Part shown: piece by piece, positions 39,932 through 53,000 of the stretch | Layout of the letters: each line of letters opens with the position of its first letter | Position numbering within the stretch: position 1 is the first letter of the stretch | Origin: Klebsormidium nitens | Lineage: Eukaryota; Plantae; Klebsormidiophyceae | Direction: 5' to 3' | Assembly: GCA_000708835.1 (NCBI GenBank) | Contig: DF237233.1 | Location: forward strand, 1 to 64,000 | DNA: 64,000 nucleotides | The notes under the pieces: generated by a model | Databases searched by the model: none | Seen by the model: only the letters and a program-made list of their open reading frames with translations | Told to the model about the DNA's origin: nothing | Program-made: the position numbers and the translations under genes

Positions 39932-41011
39932 GGTGGCCGGATGTGGGGGGGAGGTATCAGACAAAATTACATGTCAGTCTCTTAGTGACATACAGTCGTT
40001 GCGTTCTTTAGAGAATCCGTTTTGCTTGCATTGCTACGATCGTACGAGGCTGCATGGCAGCGACGCCTAGCGGCACGACAGATNNNNNNNNNNNNNNNNN
40101 NNNNNNNNNNNNNNNNNNNNNNNNNNNNNNNNNNNNNNNNNNNNNNNNNNNNNNNNNNNNNNNNNNNNNNNNNNNNNNNNNNNNNNNNNNNNNNNNNNNN
40201 NNNNNNNNNNNNNNNNNNNNNNNNNNNNNNNNNNNNNNNNNNNNNNNNNNNNNNNNNNNNNNNNNNNNNNNNNNNNNNNNNNNNNNNNNNNNNNNNNNNN
40301 NNNNNNNNNNNNNNNNNNNNNNNNNNNNNNNNNNNNNNNNNNNNNNNNNNNNNNNNNNNNNNNNNNNNNNNNNNNNNNNNNNNNNNNNNNNNNNNNNNNN
40401 NNNNNNNNNNNNNNNNNNNNNNNNNNNNNNNNNNNNNNNNNNNNNNNNNNNNNNNNNNNNNNNNNNNNNNNNNNNNNNNNNNNNNNNNNNNNNNNNNNNN
40501 NNNNNNNNNNNNNNNNNNNNNNNNNNNNNNNNNNNNNNNNNNNNNNNNNNNNNNNNNNNNNNNNNNNNNNNNNNNNNNNNNNNNNNNNNNNNNNNNNNNN
40601 NNNNNNNNNNNNNNNNNNNNNNNNNNNNNNNNNNNNNNNNNNNNNNNNNNNNNNNNNNNNNNNNNNNNNNNNNNNNNNNNNNNNNNNNNNNNNNNNNNNN
40701 NNNNNNNNNNNNNNNNNNNNNNNNNNNNNNNNNNNNNNNNNNNNNNNNNNNNNNNNNNNNNNNNNNNNNNNNNNNNNNNNNNNNNNNNNNNNNNNNNNNN
40801 NNNNNNNNNNNNNNNNNNNNNNNNNNNNNNNNNNNNNNNNNNNNNNNNNNNNNNNNNNNNNNNNNNNNNNNNNNNNNNNNNNNNNNNNNNNNNNNNNNNN
40901 NNNNNNNNNNNNNNNNNNNNNNNNNNNNNNNNNNNNNNNNNNNNNNNTATCTAGGAATGCAACTAGCATGGGGAGAATCTCGAGCTTATGCAACAACGAT
41001 GTTCTATGCCA
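39932..41011. mobile_element. Unclassified insertion spanning the 865-N gap
   Basis: Array homology stops after AGGAATTGACA and resumes at TGACACGGAACCAAG. Candidate TSD TGACA (39927-31 / 41012-16). The interior is mostly unsequenced. Confidence 0.4.
40084..40948. other. Assembly gap (865 N)
   Basis: Run of N. Confidence 0.99.
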
Positions 41012-44000
41012 TGACACGGAACCAAGTCAACCGACGACAGAATTGTTTCCTGCGGCAATCAAGAAATTGCAAGCATCAAGTATATTCGGGAGTTGGCAAT
41101 CTTGTTGGCCAACTCCCGAATATCATTGCCGTTTGTTCAAAGAACGACGGACTACGTACCAGTTGGCGCTACTACGGACTCGATGGTGGTGGATCTAAGA
41201 GGAGGCTAACGACCTTTGAGTGCGTGCAACCAGTTCTTGCGAATGCTGTATCAGTCAAGGGAAGGTCGTAACACAGCCAGCCAGGAAAGACGAGCCGGCG
41301 GTTTGTTTAAGACATCCTCGGACGGCTTTTGCGGACATTTGTATCGATTTTGACAATGGTCTGGTCCTACTCGACTTGAAGGCACCACGTTACCGCCCCA
41401 GAGAAGTTGTACGTAAAATTGTCGTCCGAGTGCGGTGCAGCGCAATGCTGCGCAAAGTGGCCTCTTGCAGTCGGCACGACCTTAAGTCACCAATGTGACT
41501 AATCTCTCTTGAATCCACGCAGGTCAGCTAACTGAAGTGGGCTAATGAGGATTTGAAGTACAAAATGCCTCGACGTGATTTAAAACGACAGCGGCAAGAA
41601 CAACTCCCGCTGCACGGGACATACTGATATGTTATTGCGGATAAAACAGATGCAAACTGGTCACGGAAGGAGGGTTTTTTTTGGCAACCTTGGGTGCTTC
41701 GAGGCTCTCAGAATGTAGCTAACAAGCGTGGCTATCTGCGCCAGACTTGTTGTCTCATCCATGCCGATCGAAAGAGCAAAAACTGGAAGCATACTCAAAA
41801 CATTTAAGGAGTACTGAAAGCTGGAGCATTGCAAGGCGTCAGCTGCTCCAAATAACAGTTCCAATTGCAGAGTGTGGTTTCTACGAGGAACACAAATAAC
41901 AGAGATGACGATTGTAGAAGCAACATGGCACAGGTGCAGTCTGTCCGGTTCCGCCAGAAAGAAGGAAGTTGCGCAATCCAACCAAGATGTTGCAAGACCA
42001 TCGCAAGCCCTTTGGAGAGCAGAAGAAGCGCTGCGTGTGCCGTCTGAGACGGAGGCGAGGAGAGACCCAAGCAATCCGATCATAGAAAAGCTTTAAACGG
42101 TAGAACAAAATAGTGTATTTAACACGTAAGTATCAAGCGCGCCACATAAGGTAGAAGCGAAGCAGGTGGGGCGGAAGCACCATCCTTTTTGACCCGGCAG
42201 AGAACGAAACGGAAATAGAAGACGATTTGTGGAGGCGGAACGAATTGGCTGACGCGATCACGTCAGTCCAAGCTGAGATGCACCCAACGAGCAGAGAAGT
42301 GCGTCGGTTAGTGGCGCATACGAGGAGAGGGGGGGATCCGAATCTGGAAAGATATTGGGTTCTTCTATACACTGTGACGGCGACCACATCTGAAAGCCCG
42401 GATTTTCAAGTATACTTCTGCTGGCGGCAATCAGCACACATTGTCCATCAACCCTGGCAACGAGCGCCGTGCTCGGCGTGGGCCATCCTTGCCAGACACA
42501 AAATAATAATCAAGACACGTGGCCCGCTTTAGGATACATTTTCGCCAACCGTACTGAGCTGAAAACCCAATGAACCTGGGAACTGATCAGACGGCTAGTC
42601 ACCAAGTCGTGTCAAATTCAAAAAGGAACGACGGAATCCACAGACAGGCAGAAAACTTTTCTGCGGCTTTCATGGGATTGCTACTGTTGACGAGCTGTTC
42701 GCCGAGCTTTCCATCATCACTGCCGATCGTCCTTAAAAAACAAATTAAGCAGCTGTAAACATGAGTATCCTGGAGTTGACCACGCGAAGGAGTCAGACGA
42801 CCTTCGGGTTTAGGTTGAGAATGCCGACGGGAGTCAGATTGCCCTTGTGGCGAGAACAACTCCCGCTGCGTGAATGCATCCCTTGTTATGGCGGGTGAAG
42901 TGATGCACACGGATTCAGGGAGGGGTTTCCAAGGGCAACCTTGCGTGCTACGAGGCTCTCAGAATGCAGCAAACTTCTGGCATTATGCGCCGGACTTGCC
43001 ATTCCATCCTTGCCGTTCCAAGGAGCAAGACCTGGAAGCCACAGTCCACGTTGCTTACAAACGGAAAGGTGAAGGATAGTAAGTCGCCGGCTGCTCGAAC
43101 CGATAAGCTCAACTGCAGATAGCAGTTTTCACGTGGAACAGGAAGCCTGAGAGTCGAGAGAACGACCGTAAAAGCAACATGGTACGAACGGATCTTGTCC
43201 GGATCCGCCGGAACGTTAACGGAATCCGTACCGGTCAAGATCCCGCAGGCCAAATTTCAATCCTTCGTAAAGCAGAAGAAACGTTGCGGGTGCCTTCTGA
43301 GACGGAAGCTGAATGAGACAACAACAATATCAAGAAAGGGCTTGAAAGACAGAGAGCACAGCACTGTGTATAACATTGAAAGCCTATAGATAGGGATGAA
43401 GCGAAGGAGGTGAATAACTGAACCATTCTTTTTAACCCGGCACTGCACTTCAACAACAATAGAACGCCTTCTGAGGTGGCGGCTGCAAACGGAAGGAATG
43501 GCTGACGCGAAAACGCCAGTCCAAGCTTAGATGCAACCAACAATCAGAGGAGTACGTCGGCCAGTCAAGCATACGCAGAGTCTACTTCTCTGAGTAGACT
43601 TCTCTGGCTCGGCAATCAAAGCTAGCCGATTACCTCTTGCAACTATGCCGTGCTCGTTGCCATCCATGCCAGACACAAAGTCATGAATGGGACACGTGGC
43701 ACGCTTCAGCATTCTTTCCGCCCAGACCCAATGAGACTAGAACTGATCAGTCAATCACCATTTTCGTAACAACTTGAACTTCGGACGGATGAAATCCGAG
43801 CGACAAAATCAAAGACGGCAGATTTTTCCTGAGGCTTCCTTTGGATATTGCTCTAGTGGTGACGACCTGTTCGCCGAGCTTTTAATCATCATTGCCTGAA
43901 AATCAAACCAATTTAAGCAGCTGTAGCTACCACTAAGATGAGGAGCCTGGATTTGACCTCGCAACGGAGTCAAACGACCTTCGGGTTTGAGTCGAGAATG

Positions 44001-47000
44001 CCGACGTGATTCACATTGCCAGTGGCGAGAACAACTCCCGCTGCGCGGGACGTTTCAAACGTTGTGGCGGATGAAAGAGCTAGACGCACACTGGTTCCAA
44101 TTCCAACACCAAAGGAAGGGGGTTCCAACTGGCAACCGTGGGTGCTACGAGGCTCTCAGAACGCGAATCAACAAGCGTGGCGATCTGCGACGGACTTGAT
44201 GTTCCATCCTTTGCCGTTCCAAGGAGCAATCCCTGGCCAGTCCGCATTTTTTCACAAACGGAAAGCAAGTCGTCGGCTGCTCGACCCAATAGCATCAACG
44301 CAAACTGCAGCTTCCACGTGAAATGTCAGGCCTAAAAGTTAAAAAAACGTCCGTCGTAAGCAGAGTGGCACTGGCGGAGTATGTCCGCCGAGTAAGAGGA
44401 GCAGTCAGAACGGGCTTCTTGCAGTGAACAGTTTGCAAAACCACCGTGGAGCAGGCAATGCGCTGCGCTTGCCTTCTGAGAAAAGAGACGGTAGCAATCC
44501 GAAAGCAGCTTCGCTTACAAACAAAAAGACGACGTCAAAACCAGAAAACCAGACGTGCATGACACGTCAGACTTTGGGGGTCACAGGGGAAGAAGCTAAG
44601 GAGGTGGGGAACGGGAACCGCCCTTTTTGACCCGGCAGAGCAGCATGAATCTAAGAACAAAAGACATCTTATGGTGGCGGCTGCAGAGGGAATGAAATGG
44701 ATGTCGCGAACGCTCCAGTCCATCTTACATGCAAGCAGCGACAGCGAAGTGCTGGTCCATTCAGCATACGGAGAGGAGAGAAGGAGATGTGACTTGAATA
44801 GCTGGGCTCGTCTACATACAGTAACAGCGAGTCCACGACGTGCTTAATTGTCTAAAGTACACTGTTGCTGGTGTCAATCAGCACACTTCGCCGAGTTTCT
44901 TTGGCAGCGCCGTGCTCGTGGGCCATCCTTGCCAGACACAAAGTTGGAGTGGCCCGCGCTTTAGCATACCTTTTCGTCAACAGTGTTGAGCCCAGACCCA
45001 ACGTAGATGATTTGATGGCTGATTACCACCTCGTGCCAAACTCTGAATTCAAACGGAAAAGTTTAAAGACGGCAGAAAGATTTCCTGCGGCTTTCATGGA
45101 ACAAGGCCCTCGTTGACGAGCTGTTCGCCGAGCTACTACACATCACTGCCGATCGTCCTAGAATGACCGATCCAAGCAGCTGGCGCTACAACTGAGATGA
45201 GGAATCTGGATCTATCATGAGGAAAGCGAGGGAGTCACACGACCTTGGGTTTGAGTGACGGATTCTCAGGCACCGACCAAAGCTTCGCAAGTCAAGGGTT
45301 TGACCTTCTGCTGGATTCTCCGATATGCCCCGCCAGGCCATCTGTATCGACCGCGTATCACTCCGGGGACCACTTCACTTTTCGACGTTGTAAAAACGAC
45401 AGTGAGAGGATGTTACCAGCGGCAGAAAAGCAATCAGCATTCCTGAGGTGAGGCCTGCAGTACTGGCCATGCTGGCCAGAGCATCGGTCACATCAATGCC
45501 GTTCTTGAGAATGGGAACAAGAAAAGCGCCTGTAAAAAACAACCAATCTATTGCATGGTGGTCGCAAAGCCGCTTGGCCACGATCCGCTTCAACCTGTGC
45601 TTTTCAAACCTGACTTAAAAGCGTCCGACTCAAGCTGCTTGGTTCTGCCGCACCTTACTCAATCAATTAAGAGGCAAGGAATTCCAAAAGAATTGCGAGA
45701 GAAGCTTCACGAAAGCTTTCAAGGATGTTTCGGCGTGCGGAACTTTGGCCCGCTGTCTCGGCTGTATTCGTTTTGGCACTGTATGGCAGCTTGTCGATTG
45801 AAGCCACATTTGCATTACTACGTGGCAACTTTCAAGTCTATTCAAGTCATCAGAACGATCACGCACAACATGCACAGAGGAGAGCTTGTCGGAGGAAGAG
45901 ACGTGGGCGCAACACTAAGAAGAAAAGCAGACATAAGGCTCGTTCAGAACGCGACGTCGGCCGACAGATTTGGCTACAACAGTGCCCTGAATGCAAAGTT
46001 AAGTGGCCTAGAGCAAAGGCACGCAACGTGGTACCTCGTGCAGCAAGATCGCCGTTGCTTTATCTGCCGAGGGAGAATTGGTATCGGATAATTCCCTGCG
46101 TGCGACTATCCTGGAGCAGTATAATTTGTCAAGTGGCCTCAGTTGCATAAACTGTCCCGCTAAAAACGTCGAGATCCAACGCGGACAAGACCACGGTGGC
46201 CAATAGAGTTGCGTTCCTCGTCATTGCCTTTTTCGAAGCAAAACGAGAGTGAAAACTTTCTATGGTGGCAGCGAGAAAAGCAAATGGCAGACACCAGCTA
46301 AGTTTCAGTCGGATACACTTGGCATAGTAAGGATTGCGCGTATGCAGAAAGCAAGATAATCCATCAACTTGGATAGGCTGAGTTCTTCTACACAACGAGC
46401 CGGCAACACGTACTCTTGAAGCCGAACCTTCCAAGCGCTAATCAAGCGATCGTGCATGCTGACGAGGCACACGGGATCTTCGTGGACATGTACATCCAGT
46501 GGCGCGATAATTGCTCGTGGTCATCCTTGCCCGAAGACACGTGGCACGTGGCAAACGCTTAGAGACATTTCAATGTGATGCTTCATTCTAGAAGCCCTCT
46601 TCCTACAATGGAACCGGAGTTGACCCTGTTGGCCATCAGGAGTTGACCCCCAGAACCAAGTCCACTGACAACAAAAGTGATTCCTGCGGCAATCAAGAAC
46701 CCCAAGAACATAAGCGCTGGCAACCTCATTGCCAAACTCCTCGTTGCCATTGCCGTTCGTCCAAGTATAACGGGGTGAATCCAAACAGCTGGCGCTACCA
46801 CTTAATGGTCGTAAGACTGGACCTAACCAAGGAGGCAAAAAGAACTTTGGCTGCACGCAACCGATTCTTGCGGATGCGGTATCGATCAGGGAAAGGTCCG
46901 AAAGACACACAGGATAGTCAAACCAGAGCTCATCTTGGGAGCCAGGCCAGCTGTGGGCTAAAAGGTTTTCATAGATTTCTGTACGTGGCCACTGGTCGTC

Positions 47001-50000
47001 AAAGTGCAGCGCAGCGCGGATGGTCACTCGCTGTCGGCACGGCCTCAAACAACAAGACGGGCGTACCCCTTCTAATCCATGCAGCTCAGCCAATTGCAAG
47101 GCGCTAGTGAGGGTGTAAGTCAAGAATACCGACGCAATTTCAATCGCACGTGTCGGGAACAATTCCCGGTGCACGGGGCGTATATCAAGGGCGAGTGAGT
47201 GAAAAAGATGCACACTGGTTCGGAGAGAGAATCCCAATTGGCAACCTAGGGTGAACGAGGCTCTAGAATGTGAGAAGCGTGGCGATCTGCGCCGGGCTTG
47301 TTGTTCCATCCCTGCCGTTCCAAGGAGCAATCCTTGGAAGCCCAGTCCACATTGTGTTCCAAACGGAAAGCTGAAGGATAGCCAGTCGCTGGCTGCTAAA
47401 ATCCCATATTAAGCAACGTGGCAAAAACAGAACTACAACTAGAAAAGTGCAATTTACACGTGGAAACAGGAAGCCTGAGAGGCGAACGGACGACCGAAAA
47501 GCAACATGGCACAAACGGAGTCTTTCTGCTGGGGAGAGGACGCAAGTCGTGCACTCTTGAGTGTTTGCAAGCCCATTGCAAGCCCTTCGAAAAGCAGGAG
47601 AAGGGCTGCGGGTGCCTTCTGAGCCGGAGGCGGAAAGACAGACAAGCTTTGAAATTCAGCAAGCAAAACAGTGTGTATAATACGTCGAAATGGAGACCCG
47701 ACTGATAGGAAAGAAGGGAAAGCGGGTAAGATAACGATTTGTTATGAACCGGCAGAGCACTGAATCTGGGAATAGATCGAAGACACTTTATGGTGGGGGA
47801 ACAAAGTGGGTGACGCGATCACGCCAGTCCAAGCTTGTCCGCAAGCGACGATCAGAGAAGTGCGTCGGCCAGTTAAGCAAATTCAGAAGGCATAGGAAAA
47901 TTTGACTTCGACAGCTAAACTCTTCTAAACACGGTACAGCGAGTCGACGATTCGCTTACGGCGAAATATTTCAAGTAGCTATCTGCTGGCGAGGCAATCA
48001 GCACATCACGGCGATCAGCTTTGGCAACTTAGCGCCGTGCTCGTGGGCCATCCTTGCCAGACAAAAGATCGTAGGTGGGACACGTGGCACGCTTTAGCAT
48101 ACTTTTTCGCTAACATTAAGCTCAGATCTACCGAGATTGGGAACTGATCAGACGGCTAATCACCAACTCGTCGCAACCTTTCAAATTTGAGTTTGAATGG
48201 TTAGACTTACGACAGCAAGATTTTCGGCCTACGCACAGGTGGCTCCCAAGAACAGCTGCTTCTGACGAGCCATGTTCGTCAAACTTTCGAACATCATTCC
48301 CGATTGTCTTTGATGACGAAGTCAAGCGGCTGTCGCTACCAGTGAAATGAGGATTCTGGATTCGGCCTAGCGGAGGGGTCAGATGACCTTCGGGTTCGAG
48401 CAACAAGTCCTCACGCAGTCTTGCAAACTCGATATTGACTAGTCAGGGGGGCTTGCCACACGGCCAGTAAGGCGGGGTCCAGAAACTCTCCCCTTGAAGA
48501 CCACGAGCGACCGATACCAAAGATGCATTCATTACTCAAGAAAGAGGGCTACAACGGGCTGGTCCAGGTTGCGAAAGGCACTCAATACGCGGCACGAAGG
48601 CTGGCCCTGGCAATGTGCGCCATACTTGTTGCATCCCTGCCATTCCTAGGGGCGAACTTGAAGAATTGAAATCGGAAACGAGACCTGTGTTGGTTGCTTT
48701 ATAGGAGAAAGTCTGAAAGTGCGCCGTCTATGTCTGTTTGATTGCGCATCCAATCTGGCAGTTGAGAAAACAACCATAAAGGCAACCCAAACACGCCTGT
48801 ACGTCTGGGGTTAGACGCAACAAACGACAGAGGAGTGCGTCGGTAACCGAGCCGGCAACACGCTTGACGCCGAACTTTTTAAGCGCTTATCGATAAAAAT
48901 ATCGGGCCTGCCGACGAGGCAATCAGGACCGTCAGAGAACATGTACGGCTAGTTGCGCTATGACTGCTTATGGGCCATCATTGCCAAAACGAAATGGGGC
49001 ACGTGGCAAGCGCGTACAGAATTTTCAGGATGTTGCTTGAACTAAGGAGCCCTTTTAATGTAAGTAGGACGGAGTGGGCACATTAGAAATCCGACCTCAG
49101 GAACGAAGGGCCATGCAAATTGGCCGACGACAAAACTGCTTGTTACTGCAAACCAAGACGCTCGACTACGTGAGCACTGGCAATCTCGTTGCCAAACTCC
49201 TGAACATCATTGCCATTCGTCCGACGCCTAGAGTAGAGTTGCTGCTACCGTTCTCAGTACGGACTTGATGGTTGTATCTGGATTGGCAAAGTAGGCAAGG
49301 AGCCTTCAAGTTCGAGCAACAAATCCTCGTGAACGCGGGATTGATCAGGGGAAAGGTCATAACACAGCCAGGAAACTTTGAGCCAGCCACAAATCGAAGT
49401 GGTGCTGCTACAGCGATGCCCCAAAGATGCTGGAAATTCCGCTACGTGGCCATCGGTCGCCTGCGTGCGGCGCAGCGCAAAAGTGGCCACTCGCAGTCGG
49501 CACGGCCTTACTCAATCACCAGATGTGACCACCCCCTCTCGAGTCCACGCAGGTCAGCTGATTGAAAGGCGCTAGTGAGGATTGAAAAAAAAGAATGCTC
49601 CGACGTCCAGACTTCAGTGGCGAGAACAAGTCCCGCTGCCTGGGGCGTATCAACATATTATGGCGGATGAAAGAGATACACTTCACGACGGGAGTCCCAA
49701 TCGGCAACCGTGGGGCTACGAGGCTCTCAGAATACGTTCAACAAGCGTGGCGATCTGCGCCGGACTTGGTTTTCCATTTGCCGTTCCAAGGAACAATACC
49801 TGGAAGTCTGGTCCACTTTGTCTTACAAACAGAAAGCTGAAGCATAGCAAGTCGTCGGCTGCTCCAAAGGATAGCCTCCTCTGCCAGTTGCAGTTTTCAA
49901 CTGGAACAGGAAGCTTGAGATTCCAGACAACGACCGTCATAAGCAACATGGGAACATGGCAGAGACGGAGTCTGTCCGCCGGGGAGGAGGACGCGGCAGA

Positions 50001-53000
50001 GCACTAAATCCGAGAACAAAAAACATTTTCAATGTGGTGGCGGCTGCAGAAGGGACGGATGGCCGACGCGGACACGAGTCCAACTATAGATGCAAGCAAA
50101 GGTCAGAGAAAGTGCGTCGGCCAGTGAAGCAAACGCAGTAGGGATAGGTAGATCTGACTTGGATACTCTGCGGTTCTTCTACAAGCTGTACAGCGAGCCG
50201 ACCACACGCTTAAAGACAAGGTTTGTACGTGACTTTCTGCTAAGTACAATCAAAACTGGCCGATCACCTCTGGCAACTAGCGCCGTGCTCGTGGGCCATC
50301 CTTGCCAGACACAAAGTCATCGTTGGGACACGTGGCACGTTTTTGGCATACCTAGTCGAACCTAACGAGACTGAAAACTGATTTGACGGCTTGTCACCAC
50401 CTTGTGTCGATCTATGGATCCGAGCGACAAAAAACCAAAGCAGAAGGGCTGTTTTTTTGCGGCTTTCAAGGATCTAGCTGCGATTGACGAGCTGTTCGCC
50501 AAGCTACTGGACGATCAGCAGAATCAATATTGGGACACGTGGCACGTTTAGCATACCTTTTCGACAACATTACTGAGCCAGACCCAACAAGACTGGGTTT
50601 CGTTGTTAATCATCGCCTTGAGTCACCCTTTGGGCCTAAAACACTTAACCCGAAACTTTAGACTCTTTTCTGCAGCTTTCATTGATGTACCTGCCACTGA
50701 CGAGCTGTTCGCCGGCCATGCAAGTTACGAGACATCATCGCCGATCGTCATAGAGTGACGAATTCAAGGAGCTTCCGCAACCATTCAAATAGGACTTTTT
50801 GATGATCATGGACTCGCGGAGGAGTCAAACGACCTTCGGTTTGAGTGACGGGTTCTCACGCATACTTGCATTGTCAAACTTCACTCGTCGTCAGAGATCG
50901 TGCGCAACAAAGTCAGGAAGGTGGGGGGCAGACATTCTCGTCTTTTGAAGACCACGAGCAACCAATACCCAAAATGCATTCGTACTCAAGGACGAGGGCT
51001 ACAATGGATTAATCTAGGTGTTGCGAAAGGCGCTCAGGAGGCGGCGCGAAGGCTGGCCCTGGCAATCTGCGCCTACTTGTGCATCCTTGCCATTAGGAGC
51101 GAGATTGAAGAATCAAATCGAAAACAGGGTGTTTGTTGCTGTCTAAGAAGAAAAAGTCAAAAGCCCGTCTACATCTGTTTTGACTTTCGGCATCCGAACT
51201 GGGGGTTGAAAAACAAGTTTATGACAGGCAAAACGGTACGGATGAAGGCTGTCTGTCGGAGAGGGGGACGGAGTTTGTCTTTACTTGGTCGAATGAGGGC
51301 AATCAAACCTTGCAAAGTTCTACTCCGCTTAGAGTCAGCAGAAGGATGACATCATTGCCCAACAGATACGCAAGCATATTCAAGACCGATCAGCCCGCTT
51401 CGGCCCTGTAGGAACTTCATCGGAGAAGCAGGGCTCACCAATCACATGCTCAAGCGAAGCAGGAACCCGTGGATCGCCACGGTCTGCAGAATCTCCGAGC
51501 CGCTAGATTGTCCGTGATCTTCTTCAACGGTTCGGTCGGACATTCCGAAGACAGGCGTGCTCTGCTTACAGTATCAGCTAGAAGCGGCGATGGGATCCAC
51601 TTGCAATTTAAAAGCTCAAGACGATGGAAAAACGATAGCGGACTTGAACCGGGATCCTGCTGGCCCCTTGAAAAAAAGTCATTCAGTAATTCGAAACCGT
51701 CTCTCAGAGACAAAGCTAACATCCTCAGATACAGCGATCAACGTGTGAGCCCAGCCGGATCTTCGCAACTGACGGTCGGACCTTGCTTGTTCAGCTCTTT
51801 CCCATGGGTGACCTCAGCGCGTCATCCCCAACATCCTCTGGTTATAAAGTCCTTATAAAATCCTGAAAGAGCCGGTTTGATGCAAAGAACTGTCAATTGG
51901 CAAGGACAGTCAGCCGATGTCAAGCTCCAGAGGTCCCTCGTAATGCTGGCCGAAGGGCAACATAACAATGCCGTGCATTGGACGTGGGAGAGTGTGGCAG
52001 TCAACTTAAGTACCGCTGGTCGTGGAGCCATATACAGCGGTGACACGACCGCATCTTAAAATCCAAATCTTCTTCTCTTCTTTCACCCCTCACAGCAGAT
52101 GACCCAGATTCTTGCGCACAGATAATCCGTCAAATGGCAACCACTTGTGAACTCTTCGCAAGTTCGACAAGCTTTGGCCAAAGAACTTTGCGGCCTATGT
52201 GCGCAAGCATTTGTTGTGCTTTTATAGCAACCGCATCGGGAATTTGTTCAAAGAGATTGTTGCGTTGCTACGTGGCATCTTTACAAGCTAAACACGGCGC
52301 ACGATTCAAAGCACGGTAGCAGACTGAAAATACCTCGGCGGACAAAAAAGCTCTTCTAACAAAGACAGACAAGCTCAGTGGAACGTGAGGCAGCAGGCCG
52401 GGCAAGGGGATGGTCGAAGGGTTCAGCCAAAAAGGTGCTGTGCACGCAATTTATAGGGTGACCTTGAGCAAAGGCAGGAAAATTTCCGTACCTCATAAGA
52501 TCGCCATTGCTTGGTTTGCTTAGGTAGAAATGAACCGCACCCATTCAACGAGTAGAACAATTGCAGACAAAGCACAGTTCACCGGAAGGCATCAGGATAG
52601 CTTCGTACATCAATGACCGCTGTGGCCAAACGTGCATTGCTTATCACTGCCCTTCTTCGAGAAGGCTTGATATGCAAAGGTCATGAGTGAAAGGTTATTG
52701 ACGACTGTAGACGCAACGAGAGAAACGAACGTACACGCCAGCCTAAGATCGGACGCAGTCAGGAACAGGGAATCCGACGTTCACTGGCACGTATGCGAGT
52801 GTCCAAAACAACCTCTTAAGCTAGGTTTGTAAACAAGCAAGCCCGCCGAAACCCTGAAGCTGACCTTTATGTCATCTCCAGGCGAAACGGGTGCTCACGA
52901 GGCATTCAATCATATCAAGTCGCTTTGACAAGTAGCGCCATGCTCGCGGGCCATCCTTGCCAATTTGTAATGAGACATGTGGCAAGTGCTAATGAATCTT

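Noticed and set aside
40022-41271. Long ORFs spanning N runs (also 58282-59239)
   Set aside because: Their length comes from untranslatable Ns.
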